From the NCBI GenBank assembly GCA_963785725.1, contig CAWAWS010000016.1, positions 1-64,000 on the forward strand: a stretch of DNA of 64,000 bases, in the 5' to 3' direction. Source of the stretch: an uncultured delta proteobacterium (GTDB taxonomy: Bacteria > Myxococcota_A > Polyangia > Palsa-1104). The notes under the pieces are model-generated. The model did no database searches and had not been told where the DNA came from. It saw only the letters and a list, made by a program, of their open reading frames with translations. Each line of letters begins with the position of its first letter. Position 1 is the first letter of the stretch. Made by a program: the position numbers and the translations under genes. Of this stretch, positions 1 through 13,628 are shown piece by piece.

Positions 1-106
1 AGGCGCCGCTTTGGGCGGAGGCTGCGGGCGTGGCCGACCCCACGACGAGGGCGCCGGTGATGGAACCGAGCAGAGCAGCGGTGGTCAGGGCGATCTTAGC
101 GTTCAT
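1..106 (-). CDS. N-terminus of a secreted protein (partial, runs off the window)
   Basis: MNAKIALTTAALLGSITGALVVGSATPAASAQ signal-peptide-like start with GGAGG upstream; mirror copy at 16936-17041. Confidence 0.55.
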   Translation of the reverse strand, partial: MNAKIALTTAALLGSITGALVVGSATPAASAQSGA

Positions 107-459
107 TTGGATTTCCCTCCGAGGATCGGAAAAAAATAAAAGCGCTTCTACGGGCGGTCTACCTGGCCCATGGTTAACGTGGTGCGCCGCGGGACGCGCC
201 GGCAGGCGATCCCTCTCCTTATGTATGAGCCGCGCCGATGTTTCACCCGCAGGCCCAAGACCGGCGCTCACATCTGCGTGAGCAAGCACTCCTTTCGGGT
301 TATTTTTCCAATTTGGCGAAATCTCTTCCGGAAAAGCAGAATATGTGTTAGTCTGCCGCCTTGGTGATGATGACGGCCTAACACCGCTGGCCGGGTTCGG
401 CCGAAGGAGATCGAGGAGACAAGAAATTTGGAAATCGTCGAAAAATGCGCCCCAGCCGC

Positions 460-569
460 CTCTTCCTGAGGAGCGGCGCCGCAGGCGACGCGTCTCGAAG
501 GACCAGCGCGCAGCCTCCCCACGGAGCGTCCTTCGAGACGCCGCGCTTCGCGCGGCTCCTCAGGAAGAG
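460..569. repeat. Rhizobial-type intergenic palindromic (REP/RIME-like) doublet
   Basis: CTCTTCCTGAGGAGC...GCGTCTCGAAGGAC and its inverted partner GTCCTTCGAGACGC...GCTCCTCAGGAAGAG; mirror at ~16466-16569. Confidence 0.65.
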
Positions 570-730
570 GGCGGCTTGGGAGTTGCGATGTTGCAGGAAT
601 CGGCGCCTAAGCCATTGAAAACACGGCTTAGCCTACAAAGTTTCACGCCCCGCCGGATCGAGCCCGCCTCGCGAGGAAGCCGTGGACTACTTTACTAGTT
701 ACGGTTGTGTTTGGAGGGCTGGTGGGAGCA

Positions 731-877
731 AAAAATTTGGAATCGCGCGAAAAAGCCTTTTTCCGCCTCGTAACCCCTTGATATTCCCCAAAACCGCCAA
801 AGGAATCTTTGGAAAAATTTGGAGAAACAAGCGGAAAATTTGGAGAAATTTGGCAAAAAGCTTGGAAAAAGCTTGGA
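731..877. repeat. AT-rich intergenic element with iterated (A/C)TTTGG and GCTTGG units
   Basis: Repeated AAATTTGG/TCTTTGG/AAGCTTGG units separated by A-tracts in a GC-rich background; mirror at ~16131-16272. Confidence 0.55.
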
Positions 878-880
878 GGG

Positions 881-1547
881 CTAAAGGCCCTCCGACCTGA
901 ATCGGTAGACCCCGCTGCGCTTGATCTCCGCGTCTTCCAGCGCGCGCGTCACCGGCACGCGGTATTCGGCAATGCATTCGAGCCGATCGCGCGCGAGATA
1001 GGCGCGGCCGGGATCGCCGATCAGAACGTCGGCGCCGCGCGCGGCGAGGCTCTCCAGCCAGGCCGTCGCGGCCTCGGCCATGTCGCGCTGGTAGGAAATG
1101 TCGCCGGCGAGCACGACGTCCCAGCCGTCGTCGCGGCCGATCGAGATCGCCGGCCGCAGCGTCGATCGTGACGCCGTTCTCGCGCGCGTTCATCTCGATC
1201 GCGGTCAGCGCGAAATCGTCGATCTCGCTCGCCTCGACCCGCGCCGCGCCCGCCTTCGCCGCCGCGATCGCGACGAGGCCCGGAGCCGGAGGCGAAATCG
1301 AGCACGAACTTGCCCGCGACCGTCTCCGGCCGCTCGGCGAGGAACGCCGCCAGCGCCTGCCCGCCCGCCCAGGCGAACGCCCAGAACGGCGGCGGCAGGC
1401 CGATCCGCCGAGCTCCTCCTCGGTCTTCTGCCAGAGCGCGACGGCTTCGTCGGCCAGATGCAGGCGCAGCTCCGGCGCCAGCGGCGGCGCGCAGCAGGCG
1501 CGTGTTTTCGAGGATGAACGCGCGCCGATCGCGGATCGCGCGCTCAC
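881..1547 (-). CDS. Class I SAM-dependent protein methyltransferase (PrmA/ETFB-KMT-like), frameshifted
   Basis: PPPFWAFAWAGG, VLDFASGSGLVAIAA and LIGDPGRAYL motifs spread across frames. Confidence 0.75.
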
Positions 1548-2035
1548 GACTTCCAATGCAGCGCCGAAATCAGCGTGAACAGGCGGCGCGCGGTCGGCAT
1601 GTCGATTTCGACCTTGTCGGCGAGCCGCGCGGCCATCAGTTCCGCGCCCTCGTTGTGCAGCGCGGTGCGCTCGCGGTCGATCGCCTCGATCTGCGCGCGG
1701 GCTCGCGGTGCGGATCGCGTTGTAATAGGTCTCGCAGACCAGGAAATAATCCTTCAGCAGCGGCCGGAACGGCGTCATCGAGACGATGAAGTCGGCGACC
1801 GTCTCGCCCGCCTCGTTGCGCACGACGAAGATCAGCTTCGCCTCCTGCTGCGCGATCGTCAGGCTGTAGGGGCCGTCGTCGCGGCCCGATCGCGCCGAAC
1901 GAGTTCTCCTCGACGAGGTCGAAAATCGCGACCGCGCGCTCGTGGTCCTCGTCCGGCGCGACGCGCGGCAGCGTCGCCTCGTCGAGCAGAACCTCGTAGC
2001 AGCCGCTTTCGCGAAGGCGCGGGCTCGGCGCTCAT
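1544..2035 (-). CDS. UPF0262 family protein, frameshifted
   Basis: [50 protein letters not shown]; lies directly after hisD. Confidence 0.75.
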
Positions 2036-3350
2036 CCCGGGCCGTCCCGCGCGAGGCGGATCGCGACCGAGCGCGCGTGCGCGGTCAGACCCTCGGCCTC
2101 GCCGAGCACGATCGCCGACGGGCCCGAGCGCGGCGAGCGACTCGGCGTCGCATTTGAGGATCGAGGTGCGCTTGACGAAGTCGTAGCACGCCGAGCCCGG
2201 AGGAAAACCGCGCCGAGCGCGAAGTCGGCAGCACGTGGTTGGAGCCGCCGACATAGTCGCCGATCGCCTCGGGCGTATAGCGCGCCCGAGGAAGATCGCG
2301 CCGGCGTTGTGGATCGTGCGGCTGATCGCGTCGGCGTCGCGCGCGAGGATTTCGAGATGTTCGGGCGCCAGCCGGTCGACCAGCGGCGTCGCCGCCGCGA
2401 GGCTCGGGCACCAGGATGATCGCGCCGTAGTCGCGCCAGCTCGCGCCCGGCGATTTTCGCGCGCGGCAGCGACGGCGAGCTGGCGCTCGACTTCCTCGCC
2501 GACGGCGCGCGCGAGCGCGGACGTCGTCGGTGATCGAGGATCGATTGCGCGGCCTCGTCGTGTTCGGCCTGCGCGAGCAGATCGGCCGCGACATAGCGCG
2601 GATCGGCGCTGGAATCGGCGAGCACGACGACCTCGGAAGGGCCGGCGATCATGTCGATGCCGACGACGCCGAACACGCGCCGCTTGGCGGCCGCGACATA
2701 GGCGTTGCCCGGGCCGACGATCTTGGCGACCGGCGCGATGCGTCTGCCGTGCCATAGGCGAGCGCGGCGATCGCCTGCGCGCCGCCGACGCGGTAGATTT
2801 CGTCGACGCCGGCGATCCGCGCCGCGGCCAGCACCAGCGGATTGATCCTGCCCGTCCGGCGTCGGCACGACCATCGCGATGCGCGCGCAGCCCGCGACCT
2901 TCGCCGGCGCCGCGTTCATCAGCACCGAGGAGGGATAGCTCGCCGCGCCGCCGGGCACATAGAGCCCGACCGACTCGATCGGCCGCCAGCGCCAGCCGAG
3001 CTCGACGCCGAGCGCATCGACGAAGGCGACGTCGCTGCGGCGCCTGCCGGCGGTGGTAGGCGAGGATGCGCTCGTGCGCGAATTCGCAGCGCCTCGACGG
3101 CCTTGGGGTCGGAGGCGGCGACCGCGGCGTCGATCTCGGCGGCGGAAATGCGAATGCCCTGTCGGGCGAGGTCGACGCGGTCGAAGCGCAGCGAATATTC
3201 CGCCAGCGCCGCGTCGCCGCGCGCGCGCACGTCGGCGATGATCGCCGCGACCGCATCGTCGACGTCGGCCGACGATTCGCGCTTGGCGTTGAGCAGCGCG
3301 ACGAATTCGGCTTCGAAATCGGCCGCGTTCGCGTCGAGAAACACCGCCAT
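2032..3350 (-). CDS. hisD: Histidinol dehydrogenase, frameshifted copy
   Basis: [60 protein letters not shown]. Confidence 0.9.
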
Positions 3351-3375
3351 GGCTACGCGTCTCCTCAGTCTCGCC

Positions 3376-3840
3376 TCAGGGATCATCGGCCTCGGCGCTG
3401 GTCAGCGCATGGCCGGGACAATCGCAGGCCGGCTGGCGCGGCCCGACGTCGCGAAGCTCGGCTTCCAGGCATTCGACCTCCAGCCGCACGATCGCGCCGT
3501 CGGCGAAAGTCAGGAACACCATGCCCGACGGCGGCTCGGTCTTCTCGAAGGTGACGCCGAGCAGGTTCAGCCCGTCGCCCGGCCGCCGTGCCCGCGAGCC
3601 CGAGATGCGAAACGCCGAGCACGCGATCGAAGCGCAGCACCGTGCCGACCCGCTCCTCCAGCCCCGTGCTTGGCGCCGCCCAGTCGTAGCGCATGCCGCG
3701 AGAGCACGAAGCGCTTCTGCTTGGGCAGCCAGGCCATGTCCTCGCGGCGCACGCAGGTATCCTGCACATGCGCCGAGATCACCGCGAGACCCTCGCGGTC
3801 CAGCGCGACCAGCTTCAGCGCGGTGTGCGGACTTCGGCAT
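3376..3840 (-). CDS. DUF2948 family protein, frameshifted
   Basis: [20 protein letters not shown] ... [18 protein letters not shown]; sits between murA and hisD. Confidence 0.75.
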   Translation of the reverse strand: MPKSAHRAEAGRAGPRGSRGDLGACAGYLRAPRGHGLAAQAEALRALAACATTGRRQARGWRSGSARCCASIACSAFRISGSRARRPGDGLNLLGVTFEKTEPPSGMVFLTFADGAIVRLEVECLEAELRDVGPRQPACDCPGHALTSAEADDP

Positions 3841-3843
3841 GGC

Positions 3844-5135
3844 TCAGCCCGAGACGCGCTCGATGTCGGCGCCGCAGGCGCTGAGCTTGCTGCTCCAGCC
3901 GCTCGAAGCCGCGATCGAGATGATAGACGCGGTTGACCGTGGTTTCGCCCTCGGCCGCGAGCGCGGCGATGACCAGCGAGACCGAGGCGCGCAGATCGGT
4001 CGCCATCACCGGCGCGCCGCGCAGCCGTTCGACGCCGTCGACGATCGCCGTATCGCCCTCGAGCCGGATGTGGGCGCCGAGCCGCGCGAGCTCCTGCACG
4101 TGCATGAAGCGATTTTCGAAGATCGTCTCGGTGATGCGCGAGCGGCCGCGCGCGCGCGTCATCAGCGCCATGAACTGCGCCTGCAGATCGGTCGGGAAAC
4201 CGGGAAACGGCGCGGTCGAAATATCGACCGGCGCGATGCCCGCGCCGTTGCGCTTGACGCGCACGCCGCGATTGTCCGCCGAGACGCTCGCGCCGGCCTG
4301 CGTCGAGCGCGTCGAGCGCCTCCTGGAACAGATCGGCGCCGATGCCTTCGAGCAGCACGTCGCCGCCGGTCATCGCGACCGCGGCGGCGTAGGTGCCCGC
4401 CTCGATGCGATCGGGCAGCACGCAATGGTGGGCGCCGTTGAGGCGCGCGACGCCTGTGACCTCGATCGTCGAGGTTCCCGCGCCCTTGATGCGCGCGCCC
4501 ATCTTGACGAGGCAATCGGCGAGATCCTTCACTTCGGGCTCGCGCGCGGCGTTGCGGATCTGCGTCGAGCCGCGCGCCGTCGCCGCCGCCATCAGCGCGG
4601 TATGGGTGCCGCCGACCGTGACTTTGGGAAATTCGATCTCGCCGCCGACGAGCCCCTTCGGCGCCTTGGCGACGACATAGCCGGCCTCGATCTCGATCTC
4701 CGCGCCGAGCCGCTCCAGCGCCATCAGCAGGAGGTCGACCGGGCGGGTGCCGATCGCGCAGCCGCCGGGCAGCGACACCCGCGCCTCGCCCATGCGCGCC
4801 AGCAGCGGCGCGATGACCCAGAAGCTGGCGCGCATGCGCGAAACGAGTTCGTAGGGCGCGGTGGTGTCGACGATCGTCTTGGCGCGCAGATGCGCGGTCT
4901 GGCCCGCCGCCGCCTGTTCGCCCGGCCGCTTGCCGTCGACGGAATAATCGACGCCGTGATTGCCGAGGATGCGGACGAGCTGGCTGACGTCGGCGAGCCG
5001 CGGCAGGTTCTCCAGCGTCAGCGTCTGGTCGGTCAGCAGCGAGGCGATCATCAGCGGCAGCGCGGCGTTCTTGGCGCCCGAAATCGGAATCGAGCCGTTC
5101 AGCTCGGCGCCGCCGCGAATTTTTATGCGATCCAT
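3844..5135 (-). CDS. murA: UDP-N-acetylglucosamine 1-carboxyvinyltransferase, frameshifted
   Basis: [55 protein letters not shown]. Confidence 0.92.
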
Positions 5136-5139
5136 CCCC

Positions 5140-5334
5140 CCATCCTTCCCCGGTGTCCGCCGGTCGGTTAGCGTCATCGCCGGCCGCGCCCACCGAATTG
5201 GCGCGCCGCGGCTCTTCCCTTGCTGCGCGGCCGCGCTCTTGGCTTTTGCGGCGTTTCAGGTTTTCCCGCAGCGACGCGGCCAACCGTTCCCTCCGCTTAC
5301 GCTCCTGAGCCTCGCGTTCGACGTTCGCGCTCAT
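5140..5334 (-). CDS. Small basic hypothetical protein upstream of murA
   Basis: [30 protein letters not shown]; mirror ORF 11640-11834; 3' end uncertain. Confidence 0.55.
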
Positions 5335-5523
5335 CGAATCCGCCCGAGGAGGCCCCGGCGGCTTGATAGGCCCCCCCGCCAAGGGGGGCAAGTCCCCCGC
5401 GGCCGAGCGTGGGCGGATGGCGGGCGCGCTTCAGGCTTGTCAGAAGGTGCGATCCGCCGCCATCATGGCTTCGGGCGGCGCGCATTTCGCGAGTATCGGT
5501 CCGCCGCATTTTGGAGAAAATGA

Positions 5524-6021
5524 ATGGCCTCCCCTATTTGCACGGCGCTTGTCCTGGTCGCCGCGTCGGCGTCGGCCAACCCGGTTGCGCCCCCGGCCGC
5601 CGCGCCGCTGCCGCCCAGCGGCTCCACGTCCTACACCGCCTATTTCGCCTGCCGGCAGCTCATCGACATCGAAATGGGCAAGATCGGTTCAAATTCCGCG
5701 GCCGAATGCGTCGGCATATCCAAAAACATCGCCGATCCCGGCATGTTCGACAATCTTTCGGTGCGTTGCATCGAGGAGGGCGAGTTCCGGGGGCCGGACG
5801 CCAAATTCAACGGCTGGTGCGCGCAAACGGACGGCGACGGCGACAAATTCTTTACCCACTACACCGGCGGGGACGACGGGCCGGTGACTTACATCGGCGG
5901 GACCGGAAAATACGAGAATGTTTCCATGACGGGAAGCTGGGCGGTACGTGACGCTCCCGCCCTGCCAGCGGGGCAGTTCGCCTTTAGGCTCGAATATAAA
6001 GTCAGCTGGCGGGCAAAGTAG
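5524..6021 (+). CDS. Secreted hypothetical beta-rich protein
   Basis: Signal peptide, several Cys, GGTGKY motif; GGAGA upstream. Confidence 0.75.
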   Translation: MASPICTALVLVAASASANPVAPPAAAPLPPSGSTSYTAYFACRQLIDIEMGKIGSNSAAECVGISKNIADPGMFDNLSVRCIEEGEFRGPDAKFNGWCAQTDGDGDKFFTHYTGGDDGPVTYIGGTGKYENVSMTGSWAVRDAPALPAGQFAFRLEYKVSWRAK

Positions 6022-6049
6022 CTGAGGGGCAGTCGTCGGAGGGGAAGAC

Positions 6050-8059
6050 ATGCCGAAAGACCGGCGGATTAAAGTCGCCATCATCGGCGGCGGCTGCGCG
6101 TCGGTAACGACCGCATTCGAACTCACGCAGCCTATCCATAAAGGAAAATATCAGGTCACGATCTATCAGCTCGGTTGGCGTCTCGGCGGCAAGGGCGCCT
6201 CGGGGCGCGGCCCCGCCGGTCGGATTGAAGAACACGGCCTGCATATCTGGCTCGGCTTCTACGAGAACGCGTTCCGGCTGATGCGGCAATGCTACGAAGA
6301 ACTTGGCCGCGATCCCGAGACATGCCCGATCGCGACGTGGCGGGACGCCTTTTTCGCCGACCCTTACGTCGGCGTAATGGAGCGCTCGCGCTCAGGCGGC
6401 TGGCTGAAATGGCTCGCGCATTTTCCGCCGGCGCCAGGTCTGCCAGGCGATCCGATCCTCGAAAATAATCCCTTCGCGCTTCACAGCTACTTCAGCCGCA
6501 TGATCACCCTTCTGCGAAGCCTGCTGTTTGGCGCCTATACGCGGCAGGCGACCGACGAAGAGGAGGGCGAACCTTCGCCGACAACGTTATCGACGCTGAT
6601 CGCAAAATTGACGGGCCTGTTGAAAGTTGGCGTTCTTTCGACAGCGGCCGGCTTGAGCGAAGCCTTGGGCGTACTCGCTGTCGCCGTCAAATCGGTTCCC
6701 GCATTTCCCGAAAATCTCGTCAGCCGTCTCGTCGATGCCGTCGTCGCCAACATTCGCGAACGGCTGGATTCGCTGGTCGGCACGGACGAGGACATTCGTT
6801 ACAAGAGTGAAGTTATCGATCTCGTGCTCGCGTTCATGACCGGCGCGGTCCGCTTCGGCTTGATGACCGACCCGCGCGGCCTCAGCGCGATCGACGGCTA
6901 CGAATGCCGGGAATGGCTGCGCATGAACGGCGCCTCGGAGCGGTCCCTCAACTCGGCATTCGTGCGCGGCTTGTACGATCTGGCGCTCGCCTACGAGGAT
7001 GGCGATCCGAGCCGCCCAGGGCTTGCCGCGGGCCAGGCGCTGCGCGGGGGGATGCGGATGTTCTTCACATATCGCGGCGCCTTCTTCTGGAAGATGCGAG
7101 CCGGCATGGGCGATTGCGTGTTCGCGCCCTTCTATGAGGTCCTGAAAAAGCGCGGCGTTCGTTTCGAGTTCTTTCATCGGCTCGAGAACGTCAAGCTGTC
7201 CGCGGCCGAAAAGCTCAATCCCGGCGAGCGACCCTATGTCGAAGCTCTGGAGTTCGACGTGCAGGCCCATATCAAGCGCGGAGGCGAATACCGGCCGCTG
7301 ATTCCTGTCGCCGGCGTGCCCTGTTGGCCCTCGACCCCAGATTTCGGCCAGCTCGTCGACGGCGCCCGAATGAAGGAGGAGGATTGGCGGTTCGAATCGC
7401 ACTGGGATCGGCGAAAGATCGAAACCAAGACGTTGCGCGTCACCCGCGACTTCGATTTCGTTGTCCTGGGCGCAAGCGTCGGCGCCGTCCCCTACGTGTG
7501 CCGCGAAATTCTGGAGCGTGATGCCCGCTGGCGCGAAATGGTCGCGAATGTCAAAACCGTCGCCACGCAGGCGTTTCAGATCTGGATGAACGAAGACATG
7601 GCGTCGCTCGGGTGGGTCGATCCGCCGGCCACCTTGTCGGCTTTCGCCAAGCCGTTCGACACCTGGGCCGACATGGGCCACGTGATTGCTTGGGAAGGAT
7701 GGGGCAGGAACCCGAAGTCGGTCGCGTATTTCTGCAACGTGCTCGCCGATCCTCCGGCGCCGCCCGACCGATCGGACACCGAATATGAGGCGCGGCGGCG
7801 CGATGAAGTCAGGCGCAGTGCGGTCGGCTTTCTCAACAACCAGAATTCATCACCTGTGGCCCGGCGCCGTAACGGGGACGGGCCACTTCCAATGGGACCT
7901 CCTAGCGGACCCAAACGAAGCGGGTCGCCAGAAAACTCCCGCAGCCGTCGGCGAAAGCGGATTTTCCTCGCAATACTGGATCGCGAACATCAACCCAACC
8001 GATCGTTACGTCCTGATGCTGCCGGGCACGCTGCGGCACCGAATTTCGCCGCTCGACAA
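6050..8059 (+). CDS. NAD(P)/FAD-binding oxidoreductase (carotene-desaturase-like), truncated at the fold-back centre
   Basis: VAIIGGGCASV Rossmann motif, GWRLGGKGASGR, RIEEHGLHIWLGFYENAF; frameshift near 7845. Confidence 0.8.
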
Positions 8060-8916
8060 CACCTAAATGAACAGCGGAGGCTACGGAACGTGCGGCCTGG
8101 CGGGCGGCTCTGCGACGGCCCCCGCGGCGGCGGACGCGGCTGGGCCGCGGCAAAATCGCGAACGTCGGCCGCGGGCGCCGGCGACGGCCTCCGGCGGGCG
8201 GACGCGGTCTGGGCCGCGGAAAAAATGCGCGGGAAAAAAATCGTCGGCCGGGCGGGCGCGGCGACGGCCGGAGGCGGCCGGGACCGCCGGTCGGCTCCGG
8301 GCTCGGCCCGCTGAACGCGGCGGACCGAGGCGGCTCGGCGCGGACAAGGCTGGGGCAGGAGACGACAGGCCGGCGCTTGAAGAGAAGAGCACGCGGAAAG
8401 TCCCGGCGCGGAGACGCCGCGCAGCGCGGCGGGAGACGGACGGCGGCGGAGGGCGCCGGCGGTCGTGCGCGGAGCCACTCCCGATGGGGAATGGATACAC
8501 CCTCGGCCGTCGGCGGCGTACGCGCGAAGGCCGGGGCGCGCCGAGCAGCACGCGCCACCGGGACGAGAATGAGCGAGGACGCGTCGCTTCAAGTGACGGA
8601 AGGTGGTCATCGGCCCAAGCAGCCCGCGGCGGCGCGCCGAGGGCAGAAGGGGTCAAACGACCCGAGAGAGGGGCGGTCCGGTGGTCCTATCCGCGGAAGG
8701 GCCAACGCGGCGCTCGAGCGGATCGAGGCCCTGGCTCACGAGGAAGTCGGCGGCGACCTTGTCCTCGGCCTCGCGCCAGCGCGCCTTTGTCGGCGTCGGC
8801 TGCCGATCTCTCGAGCGAGCCGCCCGCGATCATGCCGTGGCCGCCGCCGCGGTTGCCGCCGCCTGAGCAGGCTGCTTAGCAATACGTACTCGTAGTCGAA
8901 GAACAGGTAGAAGAAC
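8060..8916. other. Low-complexity, non-coding fold-back spacer (probable base-calling noise) containing an ONT adapter remnant
   Basis: Purine/GC-rich sequence with no credible ORF; AGCAATACGTACTCGTAGTCGAAGAACAGG at 8878-8907 resembles the adapter complement AGCAATACGTAACTGAACGAAGTACAGG. Confidence 0.8.
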
Positions 8917-10923
8917 TTGTCGAGCGGCGAAATTCGGTGCCGCAGCGTGCCCGGCAGCATCAGGACGTAACGATCGGTTGGGTTGATGTTCGCGATCCAG
9001 TATTGCGAGGAAAATCCGCTTTCGCCGACGGCTGCGGGAGTTTTCTGGCGACCCGCTTCGTTTGGGTCCGCTAGGAGGTCCCATCCCAAGTGGCCCGTCC
9101 CCGTTACGGCGCCGGGCCACAGGTGATGAAATTCCGTTGTTGAGAAAGCCGACCGCACTGCGCCTGACTTCATCGCGCCGCCGCGCCTCGTATTCGGCGT
9201 CGGACCGGTCGGCCGGCGCCGGAGGATCGGCGAGCACGTTGCAGAAATACGCGACTGACTTCGGGTTCCCCCCCCATTCTTCTCGCGCGATCACGTGGCC
9301 CATGTCGGCCCAGGTGTCGAACGGTTGGCGAAGGCCGACAAGGTCGCGGGCGGATCGACCCAACCGAGGGAGGCCATGTCTTCGTTCATCCAGATCTGGA
9401 AAGCCTGCGTGGCGACGGTCTTGACATTTGCGACCATCTCGCGCCAGCGGGCGTCGCGCTCCAGAATTTCCCTGCAGATAAAGGGGGCGCCGACACTGGC
9501 GCCCAGAACGACGAAATCGAAATCGCGGGTGACCCGCAACGTCTTGGAGTCTGCCTTGCGTCGATCCCAGTGCGACTCGAACGCCATCCCTCCTGTTTCA
9601 TGCGGGCGCCGTCGACGAGCTGTTCAAAATCCGGTGTCGAGGGCCAGCAGGGCAGGCCCGCGACCGGAAATCAGGGGTTCGAACTCGCGGCCCCGCCTTG
9701 ATCTTGGCCTGAACGTCGAACTCGAGAGCTTCGACATAGGGCTTTTCGCCGGGAGCGAGCTTTTCGGCCGGGGACAGCTTGACGTTCTCGAGCCGATGGA
9801 AGAACTCGAAGCGAACGCCGCGCTTTTTCAGAACCTCATAGAAGGGCGCGAACACGCAGTCGCCCATGCCGGCTCGCATCTTCCAGAAGAAGGCGCCGCG
9901 ATAGGTGAAGAACATCCGCATTTCCCCCGCGCAGCGCCTGGCCCGCGGCAAGCCCCGGGCGGCCGGATCGCCGTCCTCGTAGGCGAGCGCCAGATCGTAC
10001 AAGCCCCGCACGAAAGCCGAGTTGAGGGACCGCTCCGAGGCGCCGTTCATGCGCAGCCATTCCCGGCATTCGTAGCCGTCGATCGCGCTGAGGCCGCGCG
10101 GGTCGGTCATCAAGCCGAAGCGGACCGCGCCGGTCATGAACGCGAGCACGAGATCGATAACTTCACTCTTGTAACGAATGTCCTCGTCCGTGCCGACCAG
10201 CGAATCCAGCCGTTCGCGAATGTTGGCGACGACGGCATCGACAAGACGGCTGACGAGATTTTCGGGAAATGCGGGAACCGATTTGACGGCGACAGCGAGT
10301 ACGCCCAAGGCTTCGCTCAAGCCGGCCGCTGTCGAAAGAACGCCAACTTTCAACAGGCCCGTCAATTTTGCGATCAGCGTCGATAACGTTGTCGGCGAAG
10401 GTTCGCCCTCCTCTTCGTCGGTCGCCTGCCGCGTATAGGCGCCAAACAGCAGGCTTCGCAGAAGGGTGATCATGCGGCTGAAGTAGCTGTGAAGCGCGAA
10501 GGGATTATTTTCGAGGATCGGATCGCCTGGCAGACCTGGCGCCGGCGGAAAATGCGCGAGCCATTTCAGCCAGCCGCCTGAGCGCGAGCGCTCCATTACG
10601 CCGACGTAAGGGTCGGCGAAAAAGGCGTCCCGCCACGTCGCGATCGGGCATGTTTCGGGATCGCGGCCAAGTTCTTCGTAGCATTGCCGCATCAGCCGGA
10701 ACGCGTTCTCGTAGAAGCCGAGCCAGATATGCAGGCCGTGTTCTTCAATCCGTCCGGCGGGGCCGCGCCCCGAGGCGCCCTTGCCGCCGAGACGCCAACC
10801 GAGCTGATAGATCGTGACCTGATATTTTCCTTTATGGATAGGCTGCGTGAGTTCGAATGCGGTCGTTACCGACGCGCAGCCGCCGCCGATGATGGCGACT
10901 TTAATCCGCCGGTCTTTCGGCAT
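8917..10923 (-). CDS. Mirror copy of the NAD(P)/FAD oxidoreductase, frameshifted and truncated
   Basis: N-terminal ~315 aa identical to the 6050 ORF, then fragments in several frames. Confidence 0.75.
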
Positions 10924-10950
10924 GTCTTCCCCTCCGACGACTCCCCTCAG

Positions 10951-11448
10951 CTACTTTGCCCGCCAGCTGACTTTATATTCGAGCCTAAAGGCGAACTGCC
11001 CCGCTGGCAGGGCGGGAGCGTCACGTACCGCCCAGCTTCCCGTCATGGAAACATTCTCGTATTTTCCGGTCCCGCCGATGTAAGTCACCGGCCCGTCGTC
11101 CCCGCCGGTGTAGTGGGTAAAGAATTTGTCGCCGTCGCCGTCCGTTTGCGCGCACCAGCCGTTGAATTTGGCGTCCGGCCCCCGGAACTCGCCCTCCTCG
11201 ATGCAACGCACCGAAAGATTGTCGAACATGCCGGGATCGGCGATGTTTTTGGATATGCCGACGCATTCGGCCGCGGAATTTGAACCGATCTTGCCCATTT
11301 CGATGTCGATGAGCTGCCGGCAGGCGAAATAGGCGGTGTAGGACGTGGAGCCGCTGGGCGGCAGCGGCGCGGCCGCCGGGGGCGCAACCGGGTTGGCCGA
11401 CGCCGACGCGGCGACCAGGACAAGCGCCGTGCAAATAGGGGAGGCCAT
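10951..11448 (-). CDS. Mirror copy of the secreted hypothetical protein
   Basis: Translation identical to 5524-6021. Confidence 0.75.
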   Translation of the reverse strand: MASPICTALVLVAASASANPVAPPAAAPLPPSGSTSYTAYFACRQLIDIEMGKIGSNSAAECVGISKNIADPGMFDNLSVRCIEEGEFRGPDAKFNGWCAQTDGDGDKFFTHYTGGDDGPVTYIGGTGKYENVSMTGSWAVRDAPALPAGQFAFRLEYKVSWRAK

Positions 11449-11639
11449 TCATTTTCTCCAAAATCTGGCGGACCGATACTCGCGACATGCGCGCCGGCCC
11501 GCAGCCATGATGGCGGCGGATCGCACCTTCTGACAAGCCTGAAGCGCGCCCGCCATCCGCCCACGCTCGGCCGCGGGGGACTTGCCCCCCTTGGCGGGGG
11601 GGCCTATCAAGCCGCCGGGGCCCTCCTCGGGCGGAGTCG

Positions 11640-13588
<1,949 letters not shown>

Positions 13589-13628
13589 TTGAATACCTTG
13601 GGCCAAAGTTTTTGGAAGACGCGGAGCC

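Larger units (their letters stand above)
1..8059 (+). repeat. Left arm of a ~17-kb imperfect inverted repeat (fold-back)
   Basis: 1-30 AGGCGCCGCTTTGGGCGGAGGCTGCGGGCG is the reverse complement of the sequence ending at 17041; 8041-8059 pairs with 8917-8935; gene order is mirrored. Confidence 0.95.

Noticed and set aside
5340..5520. tRNA or riboswitch upstream of murA
   Set aside because: No cloverleaf, T-loop or recognisable aptamer.
8067..8895. Long ORFs in the spacer
   Set aside because: Low-complexity Arg/Gly/Ala translations with no recognisable motif; consistent with base-calling noise.
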